Part shown: positions 34,058 to 46,191 of the stretch, piece by piece
How the letters are laid out: every line of letters starts with the position of its first letter
Position numbering within the stretch: position 1 is the first letter of the stretch
NCBI GenBank assembly: GCA_964513995.1
Contig: CAZEOQ010000004.1
Coordinates: forward strand, 23,719-87,718
Direction: 5' to 3'
Source: an uncultured Desulfobacterales bacterium
GTDB lineage: Bacteria; Desulfobacterota; DSM-4660; Desulfatiglandales; JALVZP01
DNA: 64,000 nucleotides
The notes under the pieces: generated by a model
The model's input: only the letters and a program-made list of their open reading frames with translations
Told to the model about the DNA's origin: nothing
Databases searched by the model: none
Translations under genes and position numbers: made by a program

Positions 34058-34707
34058 GGCTTCATCCTTCTTTTTTTTGCAATCTCCCAGACATAATCAT
34101 AAAGATGAAGTCCTTTGCTTGATGCAATAATCTCTCCATCTTCTACTCCTATCTCACCTGCCATATATTCTTTAAGAAGCTGAATAGATGCAAGATTTGC
34201 AGGCATTCCATTCCAGAGATCCCATGATCTGAAATACACAAAAAAATGTAGTCTTCCATCCCTTATCCTCGTATCAATGAGTCTTAAGCATGGAGGATCT
34301 TTCATATATATACAGCTTGGATCTCCTACTGTCATGCATGCCTGATTCGTCTCAAAACCATCTTCCTTATACATACGAATAACTTCCTGTATCTGCTTTT
34401 CAAGATACTGACCATATGTATATTCTTCTTCTGGTCTTTTTACAGATGTCATAAGATATAAAAGATACCTGTTCAGGTATTCCTCACTTACAGGATTAGG
34501 GATTCCAAGGTGTGGAGGAATGTCTGGAAGGAGTGGTCTTGTCCCAGGATATTTGATCCTTATTACCACATAATCAAGTTCAAGCCTTTTCTGTCCTCTA
34601 TAACTTCCCCTTTCTATCCTATACTCCCTTCCTTTTTCAAGGACCCTGTCTATGCACTGAAACCATGCATCAGGAATATCACGTGCTTCTATAAATTCTA
34701 TATTCAT
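34054..34707 (-). CDS. Thymidylate synthase, short archaeal-type ThyA-like
   Basis: 217 aa. PPCLRLIDTRIRDGRLHFFVYFRSWDLWNGMPANLASIQLL...GLHLYDY matches the ThyA catalytic-Cys and RS.D...G.P.N blocks. The protein is about 50 aa shorter than bacterial ThyA. It is adjacent to rlmN and one gene from dut. Confidence 0.7.
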   Translation of the reverse strand: MNIEFIEARDIPDAWFQCIDRVLEKGREYRIERGSYRGQKRLELDYVVIRIKYPGTRPLLPDIPPHLGIPNPVSEEYLNRYLLYLMTSVKRPEEEYTYGQYLEKQIQEVIRMYKEDGFETNQACMTVGDPSCIYMKDPPCLRLIDTRIRDGRLHFFVYFRSWDLWNGMPANLASIQLLKEYMAGEIGVEDGEIIASSKGLHLYDYVWEIAKKRRMKP

Positions 34708-36287
34708 CTTTCTTCTTCCTCCAGTCCTTTCAGTCTCAACCTAAGATAAGCATCTTGTGCTTTTTCGTTTTCAGGAGAGATCTCAAGTATCTTCTTATAG
34801 ACCTTTATAGCCCTTTCGTATTCTCCTCTTTTTTCATAAATCCTTGCAAGCTGAAAAAGTGTATCTATGTCATCAGGTTTTATCTTTAGTATATTTTTTA
34901 TCTCTGCTATTGCCAATGCATCTTTTTTGTTTTTAAGATAACAGAGCAGTAGATACTTCCTCAATGTAAGATCATCAGGATTATGTCTTATACCTCTGTT
35001 CAGAAGAGGAATTACCTTTTCACAACTTCCCTTTTTCCACATATATTCAAACACAAAATAGTATGGATCAGGAAGATCAGGATAAATAGAAATCAGGATC
35101 TTTGCTTCTTCGTATGCCATATCATCAAGGGATTTCTCTTTGTAGATGTGAAATAGGAGTTCGTGAGCATCTTTATCTTTTGGTCTTTTTTTCAGATATC
35201 TCTTTATATAACTCAGAGCATCATCAAGATTGTTTGATTCATATTCTAAGACAGCAAGATTATACAGAACTGTTGTATCTTCTGAAATTTTCAATATTTT
35301 TTTATATGCATCCCTGAGAGAATCTCTTTCTCCTTTTTTATCCAGGATCTTGCACAAAAGAAAAAGTGCCTCTAAGGAATCAGGTCTTCTTTTTAGTATA
35401 TCCTTTACATAGTATTCTGCTTTTTCCAGATCTCCTTTTTCTAAGAAAGTATTTGCAAGTTTTATTTCTGTTTCTATGTCTTCTGGTTTAATTCTTGTTA
35501 ATTTCAGGAGATAATCATTTGCCTTTTCTTCATTTCCTATGTTTTTATAAAGCTGAAACAGGTTATAATAGATCTGAGGTCCTTTTTTCCCCATATCAAT
35601 TAAAGCCTCATAACATCTTATAGCCTCTCTGTATTTTTTCAAAGCAATGTAAAGTCCTGCAAGTCTTTCATATACAGATTCAGATCTTTCTCCAAGATTT
35701 AAGATTTCCTTATATTCCTCTATAGCTTTTCTTATGTCTTTTTTTTCAAACTGCTGTGCAAGTTTCAGTTTTAGCTCTAAAAGCAGATCTTTCTTTTTTG
35801 GAAAAAGAGAAAAAGCCTCATCTAAGTATTTTTCCTTTTCATAAACATCCTCTATTCCTTCATACCTTTCCAACCAGTCTTTAAAGAACGGCTTAACAAT
35901 ACAGTCAGTATAGCCTATAGGGATTTCTTTGAATTTTACATATATCCTGAACTTCTTTTTTGTATATATCCTTTCAGAAAAAAGAGGCATCTCCTTATAT
36001 CTGAATGCTTCTATGTCAAGCTGGCTTGAATAAAGTCTCACATAGAGATTAAAAGGGACATCTGTATGGATTTCCAAAATCCTTAGTCTGTCTGAAGGAT
36101 AAACCGTAAAACTTTCTTTGTTTAATATAGTCTTAAGCCTTCCATTTATTGAAATGACAAGAAAATCAAATCTGTGAGGAGAAGAGAATCTCTTCCAGAT
36201 CCAGAAAGAATAAAGCAGGAGTAACATAAAAGACGAATAGATTATTATGCTTTTATAGAAGTCTTTTTTCTTTCTAAAAGACTCCAA
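34704..36287 (-). CDS. TPR-repeat protein with an N-terminal membrane anchor
   Basis: One N-terminal transmembrane segment is followed by more than 8 recognisable 34-aa TPR units (A..Y...L...P....A...LA..Y). Confidence 0.8.
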   Translation of the reverse strand: MESFRKKKDFYKSIIIYSSFMLLLLYSFWIWKRFSSPHRFDFLVISINGRLKTILNKESFTVYPSDRLRILEIHTDVPFNLYVRLYSSQLDIEAFRYKEMPLFSERIYTKKKFRIYVKFKEIPIGYTDCIVKPFFKDWLERYEGIEDVYEKEKYLDEAFSLFPKKKDLLLELKLKLAQQFEKKDIRKAIEEYKEILNLGERSESVYERLAGLYIALKKYREAIRCYEALIDMGKKGPQIYYNLFQLYKNIGNEEKANDYLLKLTRIKPEDIETEIKLANTFLEKGDLEKAEYYVKDILKRRPDSLEALFLLCKILDKKGERDSLRDAYKKILKISEDTTVLYNLAVLEYESNNLDDALSYIKRYLKKRPKDKDAHELLFHIYKEKSLDDMAYEEAKILISIYPDLPDPYYFVFEYMWKKGSCEKVIPLLNRGIRHNPDDLTLRKYLLLCYLKNKKDALAIAEIKNILKIKPDDIDTLFQLARIYEKRGEYERAIKVYKKILEISPENEKAQDAYLRLRLKGLEEEER

Positions 36288-37305
36288 ATTCTTTTTCCCA
36301 TATCAAAAGAATAGGACTTGCTACATATATGGAAGAATAAGTTCCTACGGTTATCCCTACAATCATTGCAAATGCAAAATCATGTATAACACTTCCTCCA
36401 AAAAGATAAAGTGCAATAACCACAATAAGTGTCGTTGATGATGTAAGGATTGTCCTGCTGAGTGTTTCATTTATGCTTCTGTTTATTATAAATGAGAAAG
36501 GCTTTTTCTTTATTTTCCTCAGGTTCTCTCTTATTCTGTCAAATACTATTATCGTATCATTCAAGGAATATCCTACGATTGTAAGAAGTGCAGCAACAAT
36601 TGCAAGTGATATCTCTTTTTGAGTAATAAGGAATGCTCCTATGGTTATTGTTACATCGTGGATAAGAGCAATTATGGCACCAAGTGCATATCTGAGCTTT
36701 AATATAAAACAAAGGGCAATTGTCACACACATGGCAATCATTATAAGCCATGTTATTCTTATCCTGAAAAGTGAAGCAATATATACAGATCCTATAAGTG
36801 CTGCTGCCATAACAGCACTCATCATCCACTTCATCTCAAAGCGTCCAGATATGTATATTGCTATAAAGAGTATGGAATAAAAGATTGCAAGAAGTGCCTT
36901 CTGTTTCAGTTCTTTTCCTATCTTTGGTCCAACCATTTCAACCCTTCTTATCTCAAAACCTTTCCCAAATTTCTCCTTCAGTGCAACTTTTACATCCTCA
37001 TAAATCCTTGTAAGCTCTTTTTCTTTTTTTCTTATCCTTATAAGATACTCTGAACTTCCTTTAAATTCTTGAATGATGCTATCTCCAAGTCCTATTCTCT
37101 TAAGAGCATCTCTTATATCATCTATCCTTTTCCTTTCATCAAATCTTACCTGAACTAATGCTCCTCCTGTAAAATCAACACCATATCTTGGTCCTCTTAC
37201 TATAAGAAGGATGAGAGTAAGAAGTATAAGACTTCCTGAAAGAAGATAAGCAAATCTCCTTTTTCCTATGAAGTCTATATCTATGTCAGGTCTTATGATC
37301 TGCAT
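36274..37305 (-). CDS. secF: Protein translocase subunit SecF
   Basis: IDFIGKRRFAYLLSG...GVDFTGG..., a six-transmembrane SecF core, and a position after secD. Confidence 0.9.
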   Translation of the reverse strand: MQIIRPDIDIDFIGKRRFAYLLSGSLILLTLILLIVRGPRYGVDFTGGALVQVRFDERKRIDDIRDALKRIGLGDSIIQEFKGSSEYLIRIRKKEKELTRIYEDVKVALKEKFGKGFEIRRVEMVGPKIGKELKQKALLAIFYSILFIAIYISGRFEMKWMMSAVMAAALIGSVYIASLFRIRITWLIMIAMCVTIALCFILKLRYALGAIIALIHDVTITIGAFLITQKEISLAIVAALLTIVGYSLNDTIIVFDRIRENLRKIKKKPFSFIINRSINETLSRTILTSSTTLIVVIALYLFGGSVIHDFAFAMIVGITVGTYSSIYVASPILLIWEKEFGVF

Positions 37306-37316
37306 ACCAGAACTCC

Positions 37317-38906
37317 TTATATACTTACTTTCTTCATTCTTTTTATTCCATAAAGATAATCAAATATGATCCTTGAGATAAATATTGCGGTAAACATGCT
37401 TGCAATAATACCTATGCTAAGTGTTACAGCAAATCCTCTTATAGGTCCTGTCCCAAACTGAAAAAGTATAAGTGCTGCTATAAGTGTCGTAAGGTTTGCA
37501 TCAAGTATTGTGACAGTTGCTCTTCTAAAACCAGTATCTATTGCTGCAAGAGGTCCTTTTCCAAGTCTAAGCTCTTCACGAATCCTTTCAAATATAAGAA
37601 CATTTGCATCAACTGCCATTCCAACAGTAAGGATTATTCCAGCAATACCAGGAAGTGTAAGGGTTGCTCCAAAAAATGCTAATCCAGAAAGTATAAAGAT
37701 GATATTCATAAAAAGGGAAAAGTCAGCAATTATTCCTGCAAGCTTATAATACAGAGCCATAAATATAACGACAGCTATCCCACCTATAATCGTTGCCTTT
37801 ATCCCTTTTTCTATAGAATCCCTTCCAAGACTTGGTCCAACAGTCCTTTCCTCTATTACTTTTACTGGTGCAGGAAGTGCTCCTGCTCTTAAGACAATTG
37901 CAAGGTCATGTGCTTCTTCTATTGTAAATGCACCTGTGATTTGTGCCCTTCCTTCTGTAATCTTATCCTGAATGATAGGTGCAGAATAAACATTCTTGTC
38001 AAGGATTATGGCAAGTCTTTTGTGAAGGTTTTCTTCTGTAATCCTTGCAAATATCCTTGCACCTCTTGAGTCAAATGTAAGAAGGACATAAGGTTCATTT
38101 GTCCTTGGATCAATCTGAACACGAGCATCTGTTATGTATTCACCAGTAAGAAGTGTCCTTCTTTTAAGAAGATACGGTATCCTTATCTCTCTGCCCGTAA
38201 CAGGATCTTTTTTTATCTGATAAAGGATCTCATCTCCTGGAGGAATCTTTCCTTTTAATGCTTCTTCAACAGAGTGTTCGTCATCTACGAGTTTAAATTC
38301 AAGCAGTGCTGTCTTTCCTATGAGCTTTATTGCCCTTTTTGGGTCCTTTAGACCAGGAAGTTGCACAAGTATGGTATTTTTCTGCTGTTTTCTTATATCA
38401 GGTTCAGCAACTCCAAACTGATCTATCCTGTTTCTTATAGTCTCAAGTGCTTGATCAACAGCCATATTCATTATCCTTTTCTTTGCCTCAGCAGTAAGAA
38501 TCATTCTTATCCTTAATCCTTCCTTTTTTAGGTCAAAATCAGGATAATCCCTCTTTATAAGCTCTTCAATCTTTCCTATGTCCCTTTTTCCCATAAGGAC
38601 TAAATCAATCCCATCTTCTCCTATCCTTTCTATCTTCCTGTATCTTATCCTTTTTTTCCTCATACTATACCTTAAGTCTTCTACCATCCTGTCTAAATAA
38701 TTCTCAACTGCCTTTTTTACATCTACATCAAGGACAAGATGAATTCCACCTTTTAGGTCAAGTCCAAGATTTATTTTCTTCTTAGGAAGGATCTTTTTTA
38801 AGGAAGAAGGGATCTTTTCGTAAAAAGGTAAACTTGGAATAAGATAAATTATTGCAAAGATTATAGAAAAAACTGCTATAGCTGCCCTCCATTTTATTCC
38901 TTTCAT
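37317..38906 (-). CDS. secD: Protein translocase subunit SecD
   Basis: INLGLDLKGGIHLVL, a large periplasmic domain, and a C-terminal six-transmembrane core with GIAGIILTVGMAVDANVLIFERIREE. Confidence 0.9.
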   Translation of the reverse strand: MKGIKWRAAIAVFSIIFAIIYLIPSLPFYEKIPSSLKKILPKKKINLGLDLKGGIHLVLDVDVKKAVENYLDRMVEDLRYSMRKKRIRYRKIERIGEDGIDLVLMGKRDIGKIEELIKRDYPDFDLKKEGLRIRMILTAEAKKRIMNMAVDQALETIRNRIDQFGVAEPDIRKQQKNTILVQLPGLKDPKRAIKLIGKTALLEFKLVDDEHSVEEALKGKIPPGDEILYQIKKDPVTGREIRIPYLLKRRTLLTGEYITDARVQIDPRTNEPYVLLTFDSRGARIFARITEENLHKRLAIILDKNVYSAPIIQDKITEGRAQITGAFTIEEAHDLAIVLRAGALPAPVKVIEERTVGPSLGRDSIEKGIKATIIGGIAVVIFMALYYKLAGIIADFSLFMNIIFILSGLAFFGATLTLPGIAGIILTVGMAVDANVLIFERIREELRLGKGPLAAIDTGFRRATVTILDANLTTLIAALILFQFGTGPIRGFAVTLSIGIIASMFTAIFISRIIFDYLYGIKRMKKVSI

Positions 38907-39226
38907 TCTTCCTTCTCCTCTGATCCTCTACTCAACACATATGAAATAGACCCTTTCTGTACCTTTATTCTTACCTTTGGAGCTATCTCCAAAGTCACAG
39001 TATTTTCTGATATGCTTGTTATTGTTCCGTGAATTCCTCCAGCTGTAACGACCCTGTCTCCTTTTTTCAAGGAAGCAAGCATCTGCCTGTGCTGTTTTAT
39101 CCTCTTCTGTTGAGGTCTTATAAGAAGGAAGTAGAAGATGAGGAATACGAGGATAAGTGGAACAAATATGCTCCAGAGAGATCCTTCCTGTTGATTTGCT
39201 CCCATTGCATAAGCTAAGGTTAACAT
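38903..39226 (-). CDS. yajC: Preprotein translocase subunit YajC
   Basis: 107 aa with a single transmembrane segment, then RPQQKR...L.KGD.VVT.GGI.G.I. Confidence 0.85.
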   Translation of the reverse strand: MLTLAYAMGANQQEGSLWSIFVPLILVFLIFYFLLIRPQQKRIKQHRQMLASLKKGDRVVTAGGIHGTITSISENTVTLEIAPKVRIKVQKGSISYVLSRGSEEKEE

Positions 39227-39227
39227 A

Positions 39228-41363
<2,136 letters not shown>

Positions 41364-41386
<23 letters not shown>

Positions 41387-41969
41387 GGATACCCTCTAAT
41401 GGATAACTGAAAACCGGTTCAAAGTCCTTTATCTTAGGAAATATCTTTCCGATTCCATATATAACAAGTATAGCAGATCTTTTTCCTCTTTTTCTTATAA
41501 GATCAGCAATCTCCTCATACATGAAAAGGTAAGTATAAAATATATCAAAGTCCTCTATGCTGAATCCTGTCTTCTGTTTTATTATTCCATATGTAGAAAG
41601 GTCTGTTGCATCTGCATGAAAAAGATAAATGTTCTTAGGTGGAAGAAGAAGTCTTTTCTTTTTAAGTTCTAAGACAAGCTCTTCTAAAAGTATCTTATAA
41701 TCATCAAGTGACCAATCATCTATCTCTATCCCAACAGATGCCTTACACAGATAGCTGAAAAATACATTTACTCTTCCATCTGCACAGCCAATGTCTAAGA
41801 AAACAGACTCCTTTGGTTTTATTATCCCTTCTTCTATCATCCTGTCAACTGATCTGTAGATTGTCATAAGATCAGACGACCTTTTGAATCCAAAGCGTCC
41901 ATCCTCTCCAACTTTTCTTTTATCAAAGAATATCGCAACCTGATAAAGTGTCTTTTTTAAAAGATCCAT
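41364..41969 (-). CDS. Putative class I SAM-dependent methyltransferase
   Basis: VFLDIGCADGRV...ASVGIEID resembles SAM-binding motifs I and II. No further family assignment is possible. Confidence 0.5.
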
Positions 41970-42436
41970 TTTTTTACAATATACTCATGAAGCTTAAATG
42001 TAAGGCTTATAAAATCTCCCTCAATTTCTCTCAGCTTAGAAAGATCTTCCTTTCTAACACCTCTTTCTATCTTCTCGCATATGTAATTTATACAGATCAC
42101 ATGAGGAACTAAAAGCTTGCAGCCATCCTTTCCTAAGAAAAGACAGCTCCTTTCCTCTTCTCTGAATTCAGGAATATCACATCCAAGGATTGCATTTATA
42201 AATAAAAGAGCTTCATCAAACTTTTCTTCAATCCCTCTTCCACAACAAGATCCTCCTTCTTCCTTTTCACATCTCCTGCATATATCACTCATTCCAGATC
42301 TTATCATCAAATCTCTTCTTTCAGCTATCTTTTCTTTCAGCTCCTTTATTACACCTCTTACATAACTGTCACCCAATACCTCATCTTTTATCTTCTCATA
42401 TACCCTTTTTACCCTTCTTATCCTTTCCTTTATCAT
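41957..42436 (-). CDS. Cys-rich hypothetical protein (possible YkgJ-type zinc/iron-chelating domain)
   Basis: CRRCEKEEGGSCCG ... CLFLGKDGCKL ... CINYIC loosely resembles the CxxC...CC pattern of the YkgJ family. Confidence 0.35.
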   Translation of the reverse strand: MIKERIRRVKRVYEKIKDEVLGDSYVRGVIKELKEKIAERRDLMIRSGMSDICRRCEKEEGGSCCGRGIEEKFDEALLFINAILGCDIPEFREEERSCLFLGKDGCKLLVPHVICINYICEKIERGVRKEDLSKLREIEGDFISLTFKLHEYIVKKWIF

Positions 42437-44208
42437 CTTCCTCTTTCTCTTTTTAACTCCTCCACCTTCTTATTATAAAACTCTATCACTTCTTTTCTAT
42501 CCAGCATTCCTATAAGCTCTGTATGATCCTCGTCTTTTACAACAGGAATCCTGTTTAGATTCTTAATCGTAAACTTCCTCATCACCTGATTTAGGTCCTC
42601 TGAAGGTGTGGTATATATTATATCCTTGTTTGCTATGTCCTTCATGACAACAATATTGTCTATCTCACTGTCAAACAGGACAGCTCTTACATCATTTATT
42701 GAAAATATCCCGGTAAGTTTGTTATCCTTGTTTACAACAGGAAAATACTGCTGACTGCTTTTTGTAAATATCTTTTTTTTGAATTCCTCAAAAGGCATAT
42801 CTTCTGGAATAAGCTGAACTTTTCTGAGATATGGCATAAGATCCCTTACCCTTATCTGACTCAGGACATCAACAAAGAAGTCTCCTCTGTGAGCTCCTGA
42901 TTCTAACTTATTCCTTACCTGTTTTATGTATATAGTCCATGGAGTTGAGAAAAGATATGTAAGGGAACATACAAGTAGACATGGAAGAAGAAGGTGATAT
43001 GATCCTGTCATCTCACTTACGAATATTATCGTAGATATAGGTGCATTTGATACTCCTGCAAAAAATCCAGCCATTCCAACAACTACATATGCACCTGGAC
43101 TGCTTACAACATCTGGCATAATCTGATGAAATATCTTTCCAACAGCTCCTCCAAGTGCACCTCCTATAACGACAGATGGTCCAAATACACCTCCACTTCC
43201 ACCAGAACCAATTGAAAAAGATGTGGTAAGGATTTTTCCAAATGCTATAAAAAGGAGCATAAGGACAGGAAGCTTTTCTTCTATAGCCATCTGTGCATAT
43301 CCGTATCCAAAAGAGAGTGTTTCTGGAAGGAAGTATCCTATGATTCCTGTAAAAAGTCCACCAATTGCTGGTTTAAGATGTGGAGCAATATTTATGGATT
43401 TTGCAAGAGCGTGAACCCCATAAAAGCATTTTACATAAAGATATCCTGCTCCAACAAGGACAAATGCAAGGACAGTGTAAGGAAAAAGCTCAACTGGATT
43501 GTTAAATACAAAATCAGGAGAAGAAAAAAGTGAACCCCATCCAAATACGAGACAAAAAAGGCAGTATGCAACAACAGATGCAATCCCTGCAGGAATAATT
43601 ACCTCTGCTTCAAATTCTGGATCTCTGTATAGGACTTCTGCTGCAAAAAGTGCACCTGCAAGTGGTGCACGAAATATAGCACCAATTCCTGCACCCATTC
43701 CTGCAGCAAGCATTATCCTTCTTTCTCTTTCAGAAAGACCAAGCCTTGTTGCAAGAAATGATCCAAATCCTGCTCCAATCTGTGCAATAGGACCTTCTCT
43801 TCCTCCTGATCCACCAGTCGTAAGTGTTATTGCAGAGGCAATTGTCTTTATGATAGGAATTCTTCCTCTTATAAATCCTCCTTTTTCATGATATGCCTCT
43901 ATTGCTGCATCTGTTCCATGACCTTCTGCCTCTGGTGCAAACCTGTATACTATCCATCCAGAAATAAGTCCTCCTGCTGCAGGAAGAAATATAAGAAGCC
44001 ATTTTCTGAATGGTGTATCAGATGGTGGAAAAATGTGATCTTCTCCTGCTGGAGAAGGTGGTCTATATCCTGCAATAAGATCAAGGAAAAGATATTGTCC
44101 AAGCTGACATAGAAAGTGAAATACAATTGCTCCAAGTCCTGAAATGATTCCAATGATTATATAATAGAAGAAGCCACTTTCTGAAATCTTCCTTAAGATT
44201 CCTTTCAC
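42433..44208 (-). CDS. ClC-family chloride channel/antiporter with a C-terminal CBS pair
   Basis: GSGGREGP, GIGAIFRAPLAG and GGVFGPS are selectivity-filter motifs. Two CBS repeats follow at the C-terminus. Confidence 0.9.
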   Translation of the reverse strand: MKGILRKISESGFFYYIIIGIISGLGAIVFHFLCQLGQYLFLDLIAGYRPPSPAGEDHIFPPSDTPFRKWLLIFLPAAGGLISGWIVYRFAPEAEGHGTDAAIEAYHEKGGFIRGRIPIIKTIASAITLTTGGSGGREGPIAQIGAGFGSFLATRLGLSERERRIMLAAGMGAGIGAIFRAPLAGALFAAEVLYRDPEFEAEVIIPAGIASVVAYCLFCLVFGWGSLFSSPDFVFNNPVELFPYTVLAFVLVGAGYLYVKCFYGVHALAKSINIAPHLKPAIGGLFTGIIGYFLPETLSFGYGYAQMAIEEKLPVLMLLFIAFGKILTTSFSIGSGGSGGVFGPSVVIGGALGGAVGKIFHQIMPDVVSSPGAYVVVGMAGFFAGVSNAPISTIIFVSEMTGSYHLLLPCLLVCSLTYLFSTPWTIYIKQVRNKLESGAHRGDFFVDVLSQIRVRDLMPYLRKVQLIPEDMPFEEFKKKIFTKSSQQYFPVVNKDNKLTGIFSINDVRAVLFDSEIDNIVVMKDIANKDIIYTTPSEDLNQVMRKFTIKNLNRIPVVKDEDHTELIGMLDRKEVIEFYNKKVEELKRERGR

Positions 44209-44873
44209 TCTGAACCTACTTCTCTCAGCTTTTCAAGAGATTCATCAGGTCCAAGAAGTATAAGGACATCACTGTCCTTTACAACGAATTTTCCCGTAGG
44301 AATAAGCTGAAGTCTGTCAGGGACCGTCTCCCTTACTGCAACGACCTGAACTCCGTATTTATTTATAAGATCCAGCTCCTTCAGGCTTTTTCCAATAAAC
44401 TGCTTTGGAGGAACAAACTCAACGATACTGTATCCTCCAATTACTGGAAGATATTCAAGCATGTTTGGATTGTGAAGCTTTTCTGCAAGAGAATATGCAA
44501 GATCTTTTTCAGGGAAAAATACCTCTGTTGCACCAACCTTATAGAGGATCCTTCCATGAGGCTCATTCTTTGCTTTTGCAAGTATCCTTTTTACACCTAT
44601 TTCACGAAGATTAAGTGTCGTAAGTATAGATGCACTCAGATCACCAATACACACTATAACTGCATCCATTTCTGTTATGTCAAGTGATTGAAGGACTTTT
44701 GGATCAGTTGCATCTGCTACGATTGCATGTGATACTTTATCCTTTATCTCCTGAATCCTTGATGGATTTATGTCCATGACAAGGACATCATGACCTTTTT
44801 CATAAAGTCTTGTTGCAAGATAATATCCAAAATTACCTATCCCTATTACAGAAAACTGCTTTTTTTTTGCCAT
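44205..44873 (-). CDS. trkA: Trk/Ktr potassium uptake system, NAD-binding subunit
   Basis: An RCK_N Rossmann fold (FSVIGIGNFG...V.VMD) and an RCK_C domain (GKSLKELDL...VVAVR). Confidence 0.85.
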   Translation of the reverse strand: MAKKKQFSVIGIGNFGYYLATRLYEKGHDVLVMDINPSRIQEIKDKVSHAIVADATDPKVLQSLDITEMDAVIVCIGDLSASILTTLNLREIGVKRILAKAKNEPHGRILYKVGATEVFFPEKDLAYSLAEKLHNPNMLEYLPVIGGYSIVEFVPPKQFIGKSLKELDLINKYGVQVVAVRETVPDRLQLIPTGKFVVKDSDVLILLGPDESLEKLREVGSE

Positions 44874-44877
44874 TCCC

Positions 44878-46191
44878 CTATCCTACCATAATCTGCTCTT
44901 CTGCATAATAATATCTTTTTACCTCTTGCCTGCTTATGGCTATTGCTATGGCAAGAGGTCCAACCCTTCCTATGATCATTATAAATATAAGAATAAGCTT
45001 TCCTGTGCAACTCAAATCTGGTGTAATACCTGTAGAAAGACCGACTGTTCCAAATGCACTTATTGTTTCAAACATAAGATTCAGGAATCCTTTGTCAGAT
45101 TCAGATATAAGAAGGAGCATAAGTCCTGAAATAACTACAGCAGTGCTTATCATAACAATACTTATTGACTTTGCTATTGTCTCTTTTGCTATTGTCCTTC
45201 TGAATGCATGAGGGTATTCATATCCTCTCAGTCTTGAAATTCCAAGAAGAAGAATACTTGCAAATGTCGTTGTCTTTATTCCTCCTCCACACGATCCAGG
45301 AGATGCACCAATGAACATAAGAAGGATAAGAAAAAAAAGTGTTGCATTTGTCATGTCCTCTATAGGGACAGTATTAAAGCCGGCTGTTCTTGCTGTTGTT
45401 GACTGAAAAAATCCTGCAAGGATCTTATATGGAACAGGAAGCCCTTTCAGTGTATTCTTCCATTCCATAAGCGTTATAATAGCTGTTCCTGAAAGAAGGA
45501 GGATAAGAGTAGTCGTTATTGCTATCTTTGAATGAAGGCTTAAAGAAGAAAACCTCTTTTTTTCCTTTATCTCAGATATAACGAGGAATCCTATTCCTCC
45601 AGAGATTATAAGAAGGCAGACAGTAAGGTTAAAAAAAAAGCTCCTTTGGAATCTGATAAAACTGTCTGAAAAAAGAGAAAATCCTGCATTACAAAAAGCA
45701 CTTATAGAATGAAATAAAGAAAAGTATAAGGCGTTTAGGAAAGAGCATTTTTGGATAAAAAAGAAAAATATAAAAAGAAGAAGGAAGCCTGTGGTTTCTG
45801 CAATTAATGTAAGAGCTGCTATTCCTTTAATTATAGAAGGGAAACCTCTCCTTTCAGGTCTTGGAAAAAGTGTATCATGGACTGCTATCCTGTCTTTAAG
45901 ACTTGGTCTTTTTCCCATCATAACGATAAACATGGTTGAGATTGTCATGATTCCAAGACCACCTGCCTGGATAAGTATGAGAACAACTGACTGTCCAAAT
46001 TTTGAAAGATCTCTTCCTATGTCCAGAACAGTAAGACCTGTTACACATACTGCTGATGTTGCTGTAAAAAGTGCATCTATAAATGATATGGATCTTCCAG
46101 AAGATGAGACAGGGAGAATGAGTAAAAAAGCACCTATAAGACTTGCAACAATAAAGCTAAGAATTATGGATCTTTCAGGGCGAGAGATCAT
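44878..46191 (-). CDS. trkH: Trk/Ktr potassium uptake system, membrane subunit (TrkH/KtrB)
   Basis: 437 aa with four MPM repeats carrying filter-like glycines (VCVTGL, FCNAGF, RTAGFN, FGTVGLS). Confidence 0.85.
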   Translation of the reverse strand: MISRPERSIILSFIVASLIGAFLLILPVSSSGRSISFIDALFTATSAVCVTGLTVLDIGRDLSKFGQSVVLILIQAGGLGIMTISTMFIVMMGKRPSLKDRIAVHDTLFPRPERRGFPSIIKGIAALTLIAETTGFLLLFIFFFFIQKCSFLNALYFSLFHSISAFCNAGFSLFSDSFIRFQRSFFFNLTVCLLIISGGIGFLVISEIKEKKRFSSLSLHSKIAITTTLILLLSGTAIITLMEWKNTLKGLPVPYKILAGFFQSTTARTAGFNTVPIEDMTNATLFFLILLMFIGASPGSCGGGIKTTTFASILLLGISRLRGYEYPHAFRRTIAKETIAKSISIVMISTAVVISGLMLLLISESDKGFLNLMFETISAFGTVGLSTGITPDLSCTGKLILIFIMIIGRVGPLAIAIAISRQEVKRYYYAEEQIMVG

